This document shows positions 1 through 10,014 of a stretch of 64,000 nucleotides of DNA, piece after piece (position 1 is the first letter of the stretch; every line of letters starts with the position of its first letter). Made by a program: the position numbers and the translations under genes. A model generated the notes under the pieces. That model saw only the letters and a list, made by a program, of their open reading frames with translations, was not told the DNA's origin and searched no databases. Source of the stretch: Planctomycetota bacterium (GTDB taxonomy: Bacteria; Planctomycetota; UBA1135; UBA2386); contig OZ245838.1 of NCBI GenBank assembly GCA_965228735.1, forward strand, positions 3,296,001-3,360,000. Reading direction: 5' to 3'.

Positions 1-2188
1 CGACCACGACGGCGCCGATCCGCGACCGGGGCCCGACCTCGAGACTGCCGGCGCGCGGCTGCGTCGAGGTCACCTCCGAGCGTTCATCGGCGACCCGCTC
101 GGGACCGAGCCCGGCACGGCGATGCCCGATCTGTTGCGCGATCTCGAGCGCTCCGAACACGCCGCCGCAGTCGCGGCCCTCGCGGCGTACATCGAGACCC
201 GACGTCGCGACGAGGCGCCGGCACGAGAACGTCCGACCAACGATCCCGAGGCCGCCGCACGCGGCGAACGACTCTGGGGCGCGATCGGCTGCGTGCAGTG
301 TCATCGCAGCGGCGATGACGATGGCGATGGCGCTGGCGCTGGCGCGCTCGATCTCGCCCACGTCGGATCGAAGTATCGGGCCGGCGCTTTGACCGCGTTC
401 CTGCTCGCGCCGCATGCCGCGCGGCCGGGCGGCCGGATGCCCGACTTCGGACTCACGCCGGCGGCGGCCAGCGACCTCGCGGCGTTCCTCGGAGGTGCGG
501 CAACCGACGCCGACGCGGCAGCGCACGAACCGGGCGGTGCTCTCGTGGCGCAGGGCCAGCGGCTGTTCGCCGAACGAGGCTGTGTCGCATGTCACGACGT
601 GACCGATGCCGACCGGCCCACTCGAACTGCCGCGAAGCCGCTCGCCGCCATCGCGCCGACAGCATCAGTGGAAGCACCGAGGACCGGCTGCCTGTCGGAT
701 CTCGCGGGGCCGTGGCCGTTCTACGCCTTGACCGACGAACAACGAACCGACATCACGGCGGCACTCACGCAGCTCGACGAGCCGCTGACGCCCGCGGATC
801 GGGCGCACATCGCGCTGGCGAGCCGCAACTGCACGGCGTGCCACATCCGCGCGACGGACTGGACGATCGACACCCCGCGCCCTCTCGAGTCGCACGTGAT
901 GGTCTCGAACGTCCAGACGCATGACCCATCGTTCCGGACCAACGATCCGACGATCGGTCAGGAAGGTCGACTGCCGCCGCCGCTCACCGGCATCGGCGGC
1001 AAACTGCAGGCCGACTGGCTGCGCGCGACGATCGCGCACGGCCAGCGCGAGCGGCCGTACCTGAGGACCCGCATGCCGGGCTTCGGCGACGCGTTCGGCG
1101 AACGGCTCTCGGCTGCGCTGACCGCGGCTGACGAAGCGCCGAAGACGGCGGTCACGCCGCTGTCGAAGGACCGCGAGAAGAAGAAGGTCGTCATCGAGCT
1201 CGGCAAGGAGCTCACGGGTGACCGCGGCATGAACTGCATCGCGTGTCACACCTTCGCGGGCGAACAGGCCGGCTCGATGGCTGCCCTCGATCTCGTCGCG
1301 ACCACCGGCCAGCGCCTGCGGCCCGAGTGGTTCGCGCACTTCCTGCGCTCGCCGTTCTCCTACAAGCCCAACACGCTGATGCCGCAGTTCTTCCCGGACG
1401 GCAGGTCGACGCGGCCGGAGATCGGCGGCGGCGACGTGCAGCAGCAGATCGACGGCCTGTGGCACTACCTCGCCGAGGGGCGCAACGTGCGCAAACCGCG
1501 CGGCCTGCGCCGGCCGCCGATCGTGCTGCAGGTCAAGGACGAGGCCGTGATGCTCCGGCGCGCGCTGCAGCACACCGGCAAGCGCGGCATCGCGGTCGGC
1601 TACCCCGGCGGCGTGAACATCGCGTTCGACGCCGAGACGCTCGGCATGGATCAGGTCTGGTGGGGCGAGTTCCTCGACGCCGGTCCGGTCTGGCGCGGGC
1701 AGGGCAGCGGCCGGGCCCATCCGCGCGGCAAGCCGCGGGTCACGCTGCCGAAGGGGCCCGCATTCGTCGTGCTCGAGAACGCTGATGCGCCGTGGCCCGA
1801 GCAGAGCCGCCGCGAGCTGGGCCACGAGTGGTTCGGCTATGACCTCGACGACAAGCGCCGCCCCGCGTTCCGGTACGCGGCGCACGGGGTCACGATCGTG
1901 GATGTTCCGCGTGAGCGCGCCGTGACCGAAGGGCAGCGACCGCACCTCGAACGACGACTGCGGTTGTCGAGCGCGGCCGCGACCCGGCTGACGTTCCGCG
2001 CGGCGCGCCATGCCGACATCGAGGCGGCGAACGATCGCTTCCTCGTCGGCCAGGATCTCGCGATCACAGTGACCGGCGCACGCGCGACGGTGCATGACGC
2101 CGGCGAAGTGCGCGAACTGCGCCTCACGATCGACGTTCCCGAAGGCGACTGTGACGTCGTCCTGACCTACGAGCCGAGGAAGCCATGA
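1..2188 (+). CDS. Multiheme c-type cytochrome domain protein (PVC type), 5'-truncated by window edge
   Basis: Four CxxCH motifs (CVQCH, CVACH, CTACH, CIACH), each followed by an L..xG.K/R...MPxF unit. The frame is open from position 2 (DHDGADPRPGPDLETAGARL...AMPDL), so the true start is upstream. Confidence 0.8.
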   Translation, partial: DHDGADPRPGPDLETAGARLRRGHLRAFIGDPLGTEPGTAMPDLLRDLERSEHAAAVAALAAYIETRRRDEAPARERPTNDPEAAARGERLWGAIGCVQCHRSGDDDGDGAGAGALDLAHVGSKYRAGALTAFLLAPHAARPGGRMPDFGLTPAAASDLAAFLGGAATDADAAAHEPGGALVAQGQRLFAERGCVACHDVTDADRPTRTAAKPLAAIAPTASVEAPRTGCLSDLAGPWPFYALTDEQRTDITAALTQLDEPLTPADRAHIALASRNCTACHIRATDWTIDTPRPLESHVMVSNVQTHDPSFRTNDPTIGQEGRLPPPLTGIGGKLQADWLRATIAHGQRERPYLRTRMPGFGDAFGERLSAALTAADEAPKTAVTPLSKDREKKKVVIELGKELTGDRGMNCIACHTFAGEQAGSMAALDLVATTGQRLRPEWFAHFLRSPFSYKPNTLMPQFFPDGRSTRPEIGGGDVQQQIDGLWHYLAEGRNVRKPRGLRRPPIVLQVKDEAVMLRRALQHTGKRGIAVGYPGGVNIAFDAETLGMDQVWWGEFLDAGPVWRGQGSGRAHPRGKPRVTLPKGPAFVVLENADAPWPEQSRRELGHEWFGYDLDDKRRPAFRYAAHGVTIVDVPRERAVTEGQRPHLERRLRLSSAAATRLTFRAARHADIEAANDRFLVGQDLAITVTGARATVHDAGEVRELRLTIDVPEGDCDVVLTYEPRKP

Positions 2189-3675
2189 CGATCCGCACTC
2201 ACCTCGTTGCCGTGGCCGTCGCGGCATGCGCCGGTCCGGCGGCGATGGCCCAGGCCCTCGGTGGCATGTGGGGCACGGCGGGCGCCGAGGCCGACTACTA
2301 CCGCATCGTCGACGTGCCCGTCCCCACCGAGCTCGCGCTCGAGGTCGGCAGCATGTGCGCGTTGCCCGACGGCCGCATGGCGCTCGGCACGCGGCGCGGC
2401 GAGATCCTGCTGCTCCGCGGCGTTTCCGACGACCGGCCCGCCGCCGAGATCCAGTGCTTCGCGGGCGGGCTGGACGAGGTCCTCGGTCTCGGCTTCAAGG
2501 ACGGCGCGTTCTACGTGACGCAGCAGACCGAGGTCTCGCGCATCACCGACACGACGGGCGACGGGCGCGCCGACCGCTTCGAGAACCTCAGCGACGTCTG
2601 GGGCTTCGAGCACTACCACGAGTTCGCGTGGGGCTCGCCCGTGCAACCCGACGGCTCGGTCTACGTCGCGCTCGGGCTGTCCGCGTCGTACCACTACAAG
2701 GCCGACTACCGCGGGTTCGTGTTCCAGGTGACGCCGGACGGCGAGTCGATCCCGATCGCGTCCGGCGTGCGGAGTGCCGGCGGCGTCGCGCCCAACGAGC
2801 ACGGCGAGATGTTCTACGTCGAGAGCCAGGGACCGTGGAACGGCTCGTGCTCACTGAAGCACCTGCGTCCCGGCGGCTTCATGGGCCACCCGGTCTGCTT
2901 TCCGGCCTACGACCTGCCGCTCGGCACGAAGCTCGGACCGAAGCCGGAGAAGCCCGAGAACCGTTCGCGGCTCGCGACCGAGAGCAAGCGCATCCCGCAG
3001 CTCGTGCCGTACGCGGTCGTGTTCCCCTATCGCCGCATGGGGCAGTCGATCACGGCCCCGCGCGTGGATCGGTCCGCGGGCAGGTTCGGCCCGTTCGAGA
3101 ACCAGATGTTCCTCGGCGACTACAGCCTGAGCATCGTGATGCGCGCGACGACCGAGCAGGTCGACGGCGTCTGGCAGGGCGCGTGCTACCCGTTCCGCGA
3201 AGGCCTCGGGAACGGCATCCTCGCGGTCGAGTTCACGACGGACGGCAAACTGCTGACGGGCGGCACCAACCGCGGTTGGCCCGTGCGCGGCAACCGGCAC
3301 TTCTGCCTCGAGCGCATCGAATGGACGGGGCGGACGCCGTTCGAGATCGAGCGCATCACGGCGCGGCCGGACGGTTTCCGCCTGACGTTCACGGTGCCGG
3401 TCGATCCCGCGACGGCCACCGCTCCACCGGCCTACGATCTGGAGGCGTTCACCCACTACTTCCAGCAGGGCTACGGCAGCCCCGAGATCGATCGCACCCA
3501 ACCGATCGTCAAGACGGCGACCGTGAGCGCGGATGGCCGCACCGTCGATCTCGTGATCGATGGCCTCGTCGAAGGCCACGTGCACGGCTTCGAGCTGATC
3601 GGTGTCAGAGCCCGCGACGGCCGCGAGCTGCTGCACCGCCAGGCGTTCTACACCCTCAACCGGATTCCGCGATGA
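2185..3675 (+). CDS. Secreted glucose/sorbosone-dehydrogenase-like beta-propeller protein (PVC type)
   Basis: Signal peptide, DTTGDGRAD motif, ASGVRSAGG, ESQGPW, GPFENQMFLGD and GGTNRGW motifs. ATGA overlap with the cytochrome gene. Confidence 0.7.
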   Translation: MTIRTHLVAVAVAACAGPAAMAQALGGMWGTAGAEADYYRIVDVPVPTELALEVGSMCALPDGRMALGTRRGEILLLRGVSDDRPAAEIQCFAGGLDEVLGLGFKDGAFYVTQQTEVSRITDTTGDGRADRFENLSDVWGFEHYHEFAWGSPVQPDGSVYVALGLSASYHYKADYRGFVFQVTPDGESIPIASGVRSAGGVAPNEHGEMFYVESQGPWNGSCSLKHLRPGGFMGHPVCFPAYDLPLGTKLGPKPEKPENRSRLATESKRIPQLVPYAVVFPYRRMGQSITAPRVDRSAGRFGPFENQMFLGDYSLSIVMRATTEQVDGVWQGACYPFREGLGNGILAVEFTTDGKLLTGGTNRGWPVRGNRHFCLERIEWTGRTPFEIERITARPDGFRLTFTVPVDPATATAPPAYDLEAFTHYFQQGYGSPEIDRTQPIVKTATVSADGRTVDLVIDGLVEGHVHGFELIGVRARDGRELLHRQAFYTLNRIPR

Positions 3676-5282
3676 GCGACAAGTCAGGCCAGTCCCTGCC
3701 GCCGAGCATCTTCAACGACGTGATCGGCCCCGTGATGCGCGGGCCGTCGAGCTCGCACTCCGCGGCGTCGGTGCGCATCGCGCGGCTCGCGCGCGACCTG
3801 TGCGGCGGCACGCCCGAGCGCGTGCTCGTCGAGTTCGACAACCACGGCTCGCTGCCGACGACGCACGTGAGCCAGGGCTCGGACATGGGACTGTTCGGCG
3901 GGCTGCTCGGCTGGGAGGCCGACGACGAACGGCTCCCCGAGTCAGCGAAAGCCCTGCAGGATGCCGGCGTCGACCTCGAGATCCGCTACGTCGACCTGCA
4001 CGACCCGCACCCCAACACGTATCGGCTGACCCTCACGCGAGCCGGCGTCGAGCATCGCATGATCGCGATCTCGACGGGCGGCGGCATGATCGAGGTGCAG
4101 TCGATCGACGACCTCGAGGTGCAGCTGTTCGGCGACCTCGCGGTGACGCTGCTCCAACTGCACGACGGGGGCAACCTCGACGAGCTGGCGAACGCCGCCC
4201 GGGCGTTGCCGATCGACGGGGTCGACATCGTGCTCGCTAGCGGCGTGCCGGCCGCCGTCGTCGTCAAGGGCCAGGCGCCGCTCACGGATGACGCGATCGC
4301 GCAGCTCCCCGGCGAGCTTCGCATCCGGCGCATGAACGCCGTCCTGCCGGTGCGCTCACGCCGCAACCTCGCGGTGCCGTTCCTGCACGCGAGCGAGATG
4401 GCTGCGGCTGCGAGTCCAGAGGACCGTCCGCTGTCCGAGTTCGCGCTCGACTACGAGTGCGCGCGCGGTGGCATCGATCGCGACGCGGTCTTCGCGATGA
4501 CGCGCAACATCCACGCGATCATCAACAGCGGCGTGCAGCAGGGCCTGCAGGGCACGAGCTACCCCGACCGCATCCTGCCGCGTCAGAGCGACCGTTTCGC
4601 GCAGCTGCTCGAGCAGGGCAAGCTGCTCGACGGCGGCATCCTCAACCGCGCGATCCTCTACGTCACGGCGCTCATGGAGGTGAAGAGCTCGATGGGCGTC
4701 ATCGTCGCCGCCCCCACCGCCGGCTCGTGCGCGACGTTCCCCGCGACGTGCGTCGCCGCGGCCGAGATGATGGCGGCGAGCGAAGAGCAGACCCTGCGTG
4801 CGATGCTCGCGGCCGGCCTGATCGGCGTGTTCGTCACGACGCGTTCGAGTTTCGCCGCCGAGGTCGGTGGCTGTCAGGCGGAGACGGGCGCCGGCGCGGC
4901 GATGGCCGCGGCGGCACTCGTCGAGCTCGGCGGCGGCACGGCCGCCCAAGGCCTGTCGGCCGCGAGCCACGCGCTGCAGAACGTGCTCGGGCTGGTCTGT
5001 GACCCCGTCGCCAACCGCGTCGAGGCGCCGTGCCTCGGCCGCAACGTGGCCGGCGCCGCGAATGCACTCGCATGCGCCAACATGGCGCTCGCCGGCTACG
5101 ACCACCTGATCCCGCTCGACGAGGTGCTCGATGCCCACCGCGAGATCAGCGAGTCGATGGCGCGCGAGCTGCGCTGCACGGCCCTCGGCGGCCTCTCGAT
5201 CACGAAGACGTCCAAGGCGATCGAGGCGCGCCTCGCGGCCGGTTGTGAGTCGGAGGGCTGCGGCTCGGGCTCCTGCGGCTAG
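3672..5282 (+). CDS. sdaA: Fe-S L-serine dehydratase, fused beta and alpha subunits
   Basis: SIFNDVIGPVMRGPSSSH (beta); IVAAPTAGSC, AEVGGCQAE and GLVCDPVANRVEAPC (alpha, three Fe-S Cys). ATG at 3672 overlaps the previous stop. Confidence 0.9.
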   Translation: MSDKSGQSLPPSIFNDVIGPVMRGPSSSHSAASVRIARLARDLCGGTPERVLVEFDNHGSLPTTHVSQGSDMGLFGGLLGWEADDERLPESAKALQDAGVDLEIRYVDLHDPHPNTYRLTLTRAGVEHRMIAISTGGGMIEVQSIDDLEVQLFGDLAVTLLQLHDGGNLDELANAARALPIDGVDIVLASGVPAAVVVKGQAPLTDDAIAQLPGELRIRRMNAVLPVRSRRNLAVPFLHASEMAAAASPEDRPLSEFALDYECARGGIDRDAVFAMTRNIHAIINSGVQQGLQGTSYPDRILPRQSDRFAQLLEQGKLLDGGILNRAILYVTALMEVKSSMGVIVAAPTAGSCATFPATCVAAAEMMAASEEQTLRAMLAAGLIGVFVTTRSSFAAEVGGCQAETGAGAAMAAAALVELGGGTAAQGLSAASHALQNVLGLVCDPVANRVEAPCLGRNVAGAANALACANMALAGYDHLIPLDEVLDAHREISESMARELRCTALGGLSITKTSKAIEARLAAGCESEGCGSGSCG

Positions 5283-5295
5283 AAGCTCGGCCGAC

Positions 5296-6033
5296 TCAGC
5301 ATCGACCGACCCGCAGATAGCGACTCGCCGTGCCGAACAGTTCCTCGCTGTGGTCCTCGACGAGTTCCAGCCCGACTGCAGCGAAGATCGGCAGCACCTC
5401 GTCCGCCTCCCAGCAGCGCAGCCGGACCGCGTCCTCGTACGCGAACGGTTCGCCGTCGATCACGCCCTCGGTCCGTTCGTCGTAGTCGAAGAGGCCGTCG
5501 CTGCCCGGCACCGGCCGCATCCGCACGCGGCGAAGGAAGTCCGGCTCCTCGTAGACACAGTCCGCGAACAGCTCGCGGTCGGCGAGATCGAACAGGAACG
5601 TGCCGCCCGGTCGCAGGCTCTGTACGACGCGTTCCGCGAGCGCCTGCAGAGCGGCGTCGTCGAGCAGATAGTTCATCACGGTGAACACGGCGATCGCCTG
5701 ATCGCAGCCGCTCGCCGGTTCGAAATCCTGCGCCGCAGCGACGCGCACGTCGATCGCGAGCCCTTCGCCGAGCGCGCGGCGCCCGAGTTCCGCCGCGAGT
5801 TTGCGCGCGGGCTCGACCGCGACGACCCGACAACCGCGGCGCGCGAGTGGCAACGCGAGCCGACCGTTGCCCGCGCCGATGTCGAGCACACGAGACGGCG
5901 GCGGCGCAACACGCTCGAGCAGCGCCACGGTCGCGGCCGTGAGGTTGTCGTAGAACTCACCGAACGACAGACGATGCACGTCGTCGTAGAGGTGGGCCCA
6001 GGAGTCGTGCGGCACGGCCATGCTCATCCACAA
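5296..6033 (-). CDS. Class I SAM-dependent methyltransferase
   Basis: VLDIGAGNGR motif I, VVAVE, LRPGGTFLFD. Start may be a few codons later (6026 or 6020 region). Confidence 0.85.
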   Translation of the reverse strand: MWMSMAVPHDSWAHLYDDVHRLSFGEFYDNLTAATVALLERVAPPPSRVLDIGAGNGRLALPLARRGCRVVAVEPARKLAAELGRRALGEGLAIDVRVAAAQDFEPASGCDQAIAVFTVMNYLLDDAALQALAERVVQSLRPGGTFLFDLADRELFADCVYEEPDFLRRVRMRPVPGSDGLFDYDERTEGVIDGEPFAYEDAVRLRCWEADEVLPIFAAVGLELVEDHSEELFGTASRYLRVGRC

Positions 6034-6128
6034 GCGTCACCTGAGGTTGGGCATGGCGCACGCCCCGGGACCGGTTTCCCGAGCGACATGCGAATCCACC
6101 CACCGCTACGATTCCCGGGAGACGAGGC

Positions 6129-6659
6129 ATGGAGACCACCCGCATCGAACCGTTCCTGTCCTTCTCCCGGTCGGTCCGCAAGCGCACGCGCGCGGCCGCT
6201 TTGGCCGTCCCGGCCGATCGACTCGAGTGGCGCCCGTTCGAGACGGCGTTCTCCGCAGGGGATCTCCTGCGCCACATCGCCGGGACCCAACGCTGGATGT
6301 TCGTCGAGAACGTGCTCGGTCGACCGAGCCGATACCCGGGTCACGGCGAAGACCTCGCGAGCGGTCATCCGGCCGTGCTAGCCTACCTGGACGGCACGCA
6401 CGAGGACGCCATGCAGCTGCTCGCCGGACTGCCGAGCGAGGACCTGCAGCGGGCCTGCACGACCGTGGCCGGGGCCGAGGTGCCGGCCTGGCTGCTGCTG
6501 CGCATGATGCTCGAACACGAGATCCACCACCGCGGTCAGCTCTACTCCCTGCTCGGCCAGCTCGGGGTTGTGCGGCCGTCGCTGTTCGGCCTCACCGAGC
6601 AGCAGGTGCTCGAGCGGAGCAGCGCTGCGAATGAGCCGGGCGATCAATCGACCATGTGA
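6129..6659 (+). CDS. DinB family protein
   Basis: WRP...SAGDLLRHIA and EHEIHHRGQ His motif. Confidence 0.85.
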   Translation: METTRIEPFLSFSRSVRKRTRAAALAVPADRLEWRPFETAFSAGDLLRHIAGTQRWMFVENVLGRPSRYPGHGEDLASGHPAVLAYLDGTHEDAMQLLAGLPSEDLQRACTTVAGAEVPAWLLLRMMLEHEIHHRGQLYSLLGQLGVVRPSLFGLTEQQVLERSSAANEPGDQSTM

Positions 6660-7417
6660 CCGCGGACGGCGTCGAGCCAGGCCTGCGCCATGAGCGCCGC
6701 CCCGGCTTGCGACGGGTGCACACCGTCCTTGGCCCAGTGCTCGGGCTCCGCGAACTCGATGGCGCGATCGAACACTGCCTGGAACGGCACGAACGTCGCG
6801 CCGTGATTCTGCGCGACCCGCAACGCGGCGGCGCGGTAGTCGTCGAACTCCGGGAACCACGATTCGTCGACGGCCCCGCAACGCAGAACGAACGGCTCGC
6901 ACACGACGAGCCGAACGTCGGGCAGATCCGTCCGCGTGCGCGTCAGCAGCTGGTTGTAGTCGCGTTCGTAGATCGCGACCGTGCCGTCGTACTTGCCGTT
7001 CTTCGTGTGCCAGATGTCGTTGACCCCGATCAGGATGCTCACGACGTCGGGCCGCAGGTCGAGGCAGTCACGCTGCCAACGCTTCGCGAGCTGGAAGACC
7101 TTGTGGCCGCTGATGCCGCGGTTGTAGATGCGCAGATCGGACGCGCGCTCGTCGACGAGCAGCCCCGCGGCGGCGAGCCAGGCATAGCCCTTGCCGAGCG
7201 CCGCACGCGAGTTCGCGGTGTCGGCGTCCTTGCGGCTGCGGCCGGCGTCGGTGATCGAATCACCCTGGAAGAGCACGACGTTGCCCGATTCGACGATGCG
7301 GCGCTGCGGAGCGGCCGCGGCATCGACTGCCGCGCACGACGTGAGCCCGGCCGCCCCGGCCGCCATCGCGGATGCGGCGAGGAAGCGGCGGCGAGGGAGA
7401 GCGGAGTCGTCGCGCAT
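6644..7417 (-). CDS. Tat-exported SGNH/GDSL hydrolase (possible lipoprotein)
   Basis: RRRFL Tat motif with LTSC; FQGDSIT, NRGISG, GVND and DGVHP blocks. Confidence 0.9.
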   Translation of the reverse strand: MRDDSALPRRRFLAASAMAAGAAGLTSCAAVDAAAAPQRRIVESGNVVLFQGDSITDAGRSRKDADTANSRAALGKGYAWLAAAGLLVDERASDLRIYNRGISGHKVFQLAKRWQRDCLDLRPDVVSILIGVNDIWHTKNGKYDGTVAIYERDYNQLLTRTRTDLPDVRLVVCEPFVLRCGAVDESWFPEFDDYRAAALRVAQNHGATFVPFQAVFDRAIEFAEPEHWAKDGVHPSQAGAALMAQAWLDAVRGHMVD

Positions 7418-7501
7418 CCCGGAACGATAGGCCGAAGCGCGCGACGGCCCTATCGAAACCGCCCGAACGCCAGCTTACCTGGAACCCTGCTGCCCGCTCC
7501 C

Positions 7502-8014
7502 TTACTTGCCGGGCAGGCTCTGCCAGAGGATGTTGCGGATCTGCCACTTGCCGTCGAACTTGCCGAGCTGCATGTGATCGACGCCCCAGACGGCCGTGAC
7601 CTTGAGCACTGCGGTCTGGTCCATGAGGTCGAGCACCTCGACCTTCTTCACGGACTCGGCGTTCGCCCGCTTGCCCGACTCGTTCCAGCTGCCGGCGAGC
7701 TTCTTCAGCTGCTCGAACGTCATCGCCGAACCGTGGTAGGGCTGGTCCGCGCCGCGCTTGTAGAAGCCGAACTTGCTGAGCTCCGGGTGAACGCTGCGCC
7801 CGATGAGCTCCGGCTTGACGTCGTAGATCGCTTCGACGTAGTCCATGCCGGCACGGACGACCGCGGCGCGTTCGGGGTGCGGCGTCGCCGCCGGCCCGGG
7901 CGGCGCCTTGCGCACCGGATCCTGCATCCCACCGGTTTCCCCGAGGGTGTAGCCCGTGAGCGACGCGGCGGCGACGGCGAGGGCGGAACAGACGAATCGC
8001 GAGACGTGGAGCAT
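7502..8014 (-). CDS. Secreted NTF2-like (putative lumazine-binding type) protein
   Basis: Signal peptide; DYVEAIY...HPEL.K.G...A.LKVTAVWGVDHMQL.K.DGKWQI.NILW. ATG at 8014. Confidence 0.75.
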   Translation of the reverse strand: MLHVSRFVCSALAVAAASLTGYTLGETGGMQDPVRKAPPGPAATPHPERAAVVRAGMDYVEAIYDVKPELIGRSVHPELSKFGFYKRGADQPYHGSAMTFEQLKKLAGSWNESGKRANAESVKKVEVLDLMDQTAVLKVTAVWGVDHMQLGKFDGKWQIRNILWQSLPGK

Positions 8015-8166
8015 CCCGCGATTGTCACCGATCCTTCGCGCGACGCCGAGGCCCGTCACCCGGAAGGGCCATCCCATCTCACCCGGGCACCAGGCCAGAG
8101 CCGACGCGGCGATCCGGGCCAGGGCAGCGGCGACGGGACGATACCCGAGCGCACACGCGCCGAGGC

Positions 8167-9510
8167 TCAGCGCTCCGCGGCGCCGGCAGGCGCGCTGGCG
8201 GCGCAGCCCGCTGGCGCGCTCGCGGCGCACGCGGACGGGACGCCGGCCACCCTCGGCGGGCCCTGAGCCTCGCCCCGGTTCCACGGTGCTTTCGCGAGCA
8301 GCAGTCCCATCCCGCACCAATCCGTGATCCCGGCAAACGTGAGACCGGCGCCGACGAACGCTGCCAGACCGTAGAAGGCCGGATGCAACCACGTGCCGAG
8401 GATGACGCCGAGCAGGACCAGGACACCCGCGCCGATGCGCACCTGCCGTTCCAGCGAGATCACACCGCGACCCGCGATCGTTTCGCCTCCCACCGCACGG
8501 TAGGCCTCGATGCCGCCCACGACGACGCGAAGCCCGCCGACCTGCTGCTCGGCCAACAGCCGCTGCGCCATCTGCGCCCGCTGCCCGGAACGACACATTA
8601 GCAGGCGCGGAGCCGGCGTCGCGCGCACTTCGTCGACCCGGCTTCCGAGCTGGTCGAGTGGAATCAACCGCGAACCCGCGATGTGCTCGGCAGCGAACTC
8701 ACCGCCCGTTCGAACGTCGATCACGCTGCTGCTGCCGCCATCCTCGACGAGCCGGGCACAGTCGCCCGCGTCGATGGTGCCCGGGATGTCCACGCCTTCG
8801 CGATTGAGTCGCAGCAGATCATCCATGTTGGCCGGACGCGGCGGCGGCGCCTCGGCAAGGGCGCTCGCGAACGCCGCACGATCGGTCATCCGGAACCATG
8901 CGTTGGAGCGCCGCTCCTCTCCGAGGGTCGTGCGCTGGCGCCCCTCGTAGTCATGCCCGGGGAACACCACGGTTTCGTCCGGCAGGGGATCGAAGACGCG
9001 ATGCAGCGAGTCGAACAGCTCGCCAGCGTCGCCCCCGAGGAAATCGGTGCGAGCGACTCCACCGATGAACAGCGTGTCGCCGCTGAGAACGACCCCAGCG
9101 GCCACCAGGACGATGTGGTCGGGAGTGTGGCCCGGAGCATGACGAACGGTGACCGCGACATCGCCGAGATGGAGCGCTTCGCCGTCTTCGGGATGTCGGT
9201 CTACCCCGGCGTGGCGGGCCAACTCATGCGCAACTCGCGTGGTCGACGTCGCAGCCGCGAGCGCCCCGGCCCCGGACGGATGATCGGCGTGTGTGTGGGT
9301 ATCGATGACGTAGCGCAACGACCAACCGGCATCCCGCACGCGCGCCGCCACCGCTTCGACGAAGTCGAGATGAACGTCGACCGCCATGGCCTGCTCGCTG
9401 ACGGGATCCACGAGAACGTAGGTCCGACAGCCTTGCGGGTGCGGCAGCACCAGGATCTGCAGAGCGCCGATCGACTCGGCTGGAGCGAAATCGTGTTCGA
9501 GAGTCGTCAT
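8167..9510 (-). CDS. Persulfide dioxygenase-like MBL hydrolase fused to rhodanese and DUF2892-like membrane domain
   Basis: DTHTHADH, PGHT, SGDTLF..G..RTDF, PGHDY; DVR..EF..EHI.GS and CRSGQR (rhodanese); SLERQVRI.AG...GITDWCGM..LL.KAPWN. Confidence 0.85.
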   Translation of the reverse strand: MTTLEHDFAPAESIGALQILVLPHPQGCRTYVLVDPVSEQAMAVDVHLDFVEAVAARVRDAGWSLRYVIDTHTHADHPSGAGALAAATSTTRVAHELARHAGVDRHPEDGEALHLGDVAVTVRHAPGHTPDHIVLVAAGVVLSGDTLFIGGVARTDFLGGDAGELFDSLHRVFDPLPDETVVFPGHDYEGRQRTTLGEERRSNAWFRMTDRAAFASALAEAPPPRPANMDDLLRLNREGVDIPGTIDAGDCARLVEDGGSSSVIDVRTGGEFAAEHIAGSRLIPLDQLGSRVDEVRATPAPRLLMCRSGQRAQMAQRLLAEQQVGGLRVVVGGIEAYRAVGGETIAGRGVISLERQVRIGAGVLVLLGVILGTWLHPAFYGLAAFVGAGLTFAGITDWCGMGLLLAKAPWNRGEAQGPPRVAGVPSACAASAPAGCAASAPAGAAER

Positions 9511-9568
9511 CGTTTGGTCCTCGGGCAGTCAGCGCGACCGGCGTGGTGTCGCCGGCGCACGCCGCCTG

Positions 9569-9600
9569 TTGATCATATGACTAATAACTCATATGATCAA
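9569..9600. promoter_or_regulatory. Perfect 12-bp inverted repeat, probable ArsR operator
   Basis: TTGATCATATGA-ctaataac-TCATATGATCAA, AT-rich, between the divergent dioxygenase and ArsR genes. Confidence 0.75.
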
Positions 9601-9603
9601 GCC

Positions 9604-9993
9604 ATGAGCAAGAACCGGAAGCCCCTGAACCGGAAACCCCTGAACCGGAAGCCCAAGAATCGGCAGCAGGGGAAGCGGCTGTCGGACGCCCAACTCGAGG
9701 CCGTGGCGCGACGGTTTCGCACGCTCGCGGTCCCGAGCCGACTCCGGATCCTCGACGGTCTGATGGCGGGACCGCTACCGATGTCGGAACTCGCCGACGA
9801 GACCGGGCTCACCCAGTCGAATCTGTCCCGCCAGGTCACCGAGCTCGAGCGGGAGGGCTGTGTCGAGCGCGACCGCCGCGGCCGCGAGGTCGTGGTACGC
9901 ATCGCGGATCCGAGCCTCGCACAGCTCTGCGAGCTCGTCTGCGGGGCCCTGCAGGAGCGCGCAGCGACGACACAGGCGCTGCTCGGCGACTGA
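9604..9993 (+). CDS. ArsR/SmtB family transcriptional regulator
   Basis: VARRFRTLAVPSRLRIL, ELADETGLTQSNLSRQV..L.R.G.V.R.R.G and a C-terminal LCELVC. N-terminus carries an NRKPL repeat from a 15-bp tandem. Confidence 0.9.
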   Translation: MSKNRKPLNRKPLNRKPKNRQQGKRLSDAQLEAVARRFRTLAVPSRLRILDGLMAGPLPMSELADETGLTQSNLSRQVTELEREGCVERDRRGREVVVRIADPSLAQLCELVCGALQERAATTQALLGD

Positions 9994-10014
9994 GCCCCGT
10001 GCAAGCCGACGCGA

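Noticed and set aside
2226..3671. N-terminal half of the 1018-aa ORF as a giant fusion to serine dehydratase
   Set aside because: It is an Arg-rich off-frame shadow of the 2185..3675 gene; the real start is the ATG at 3672.
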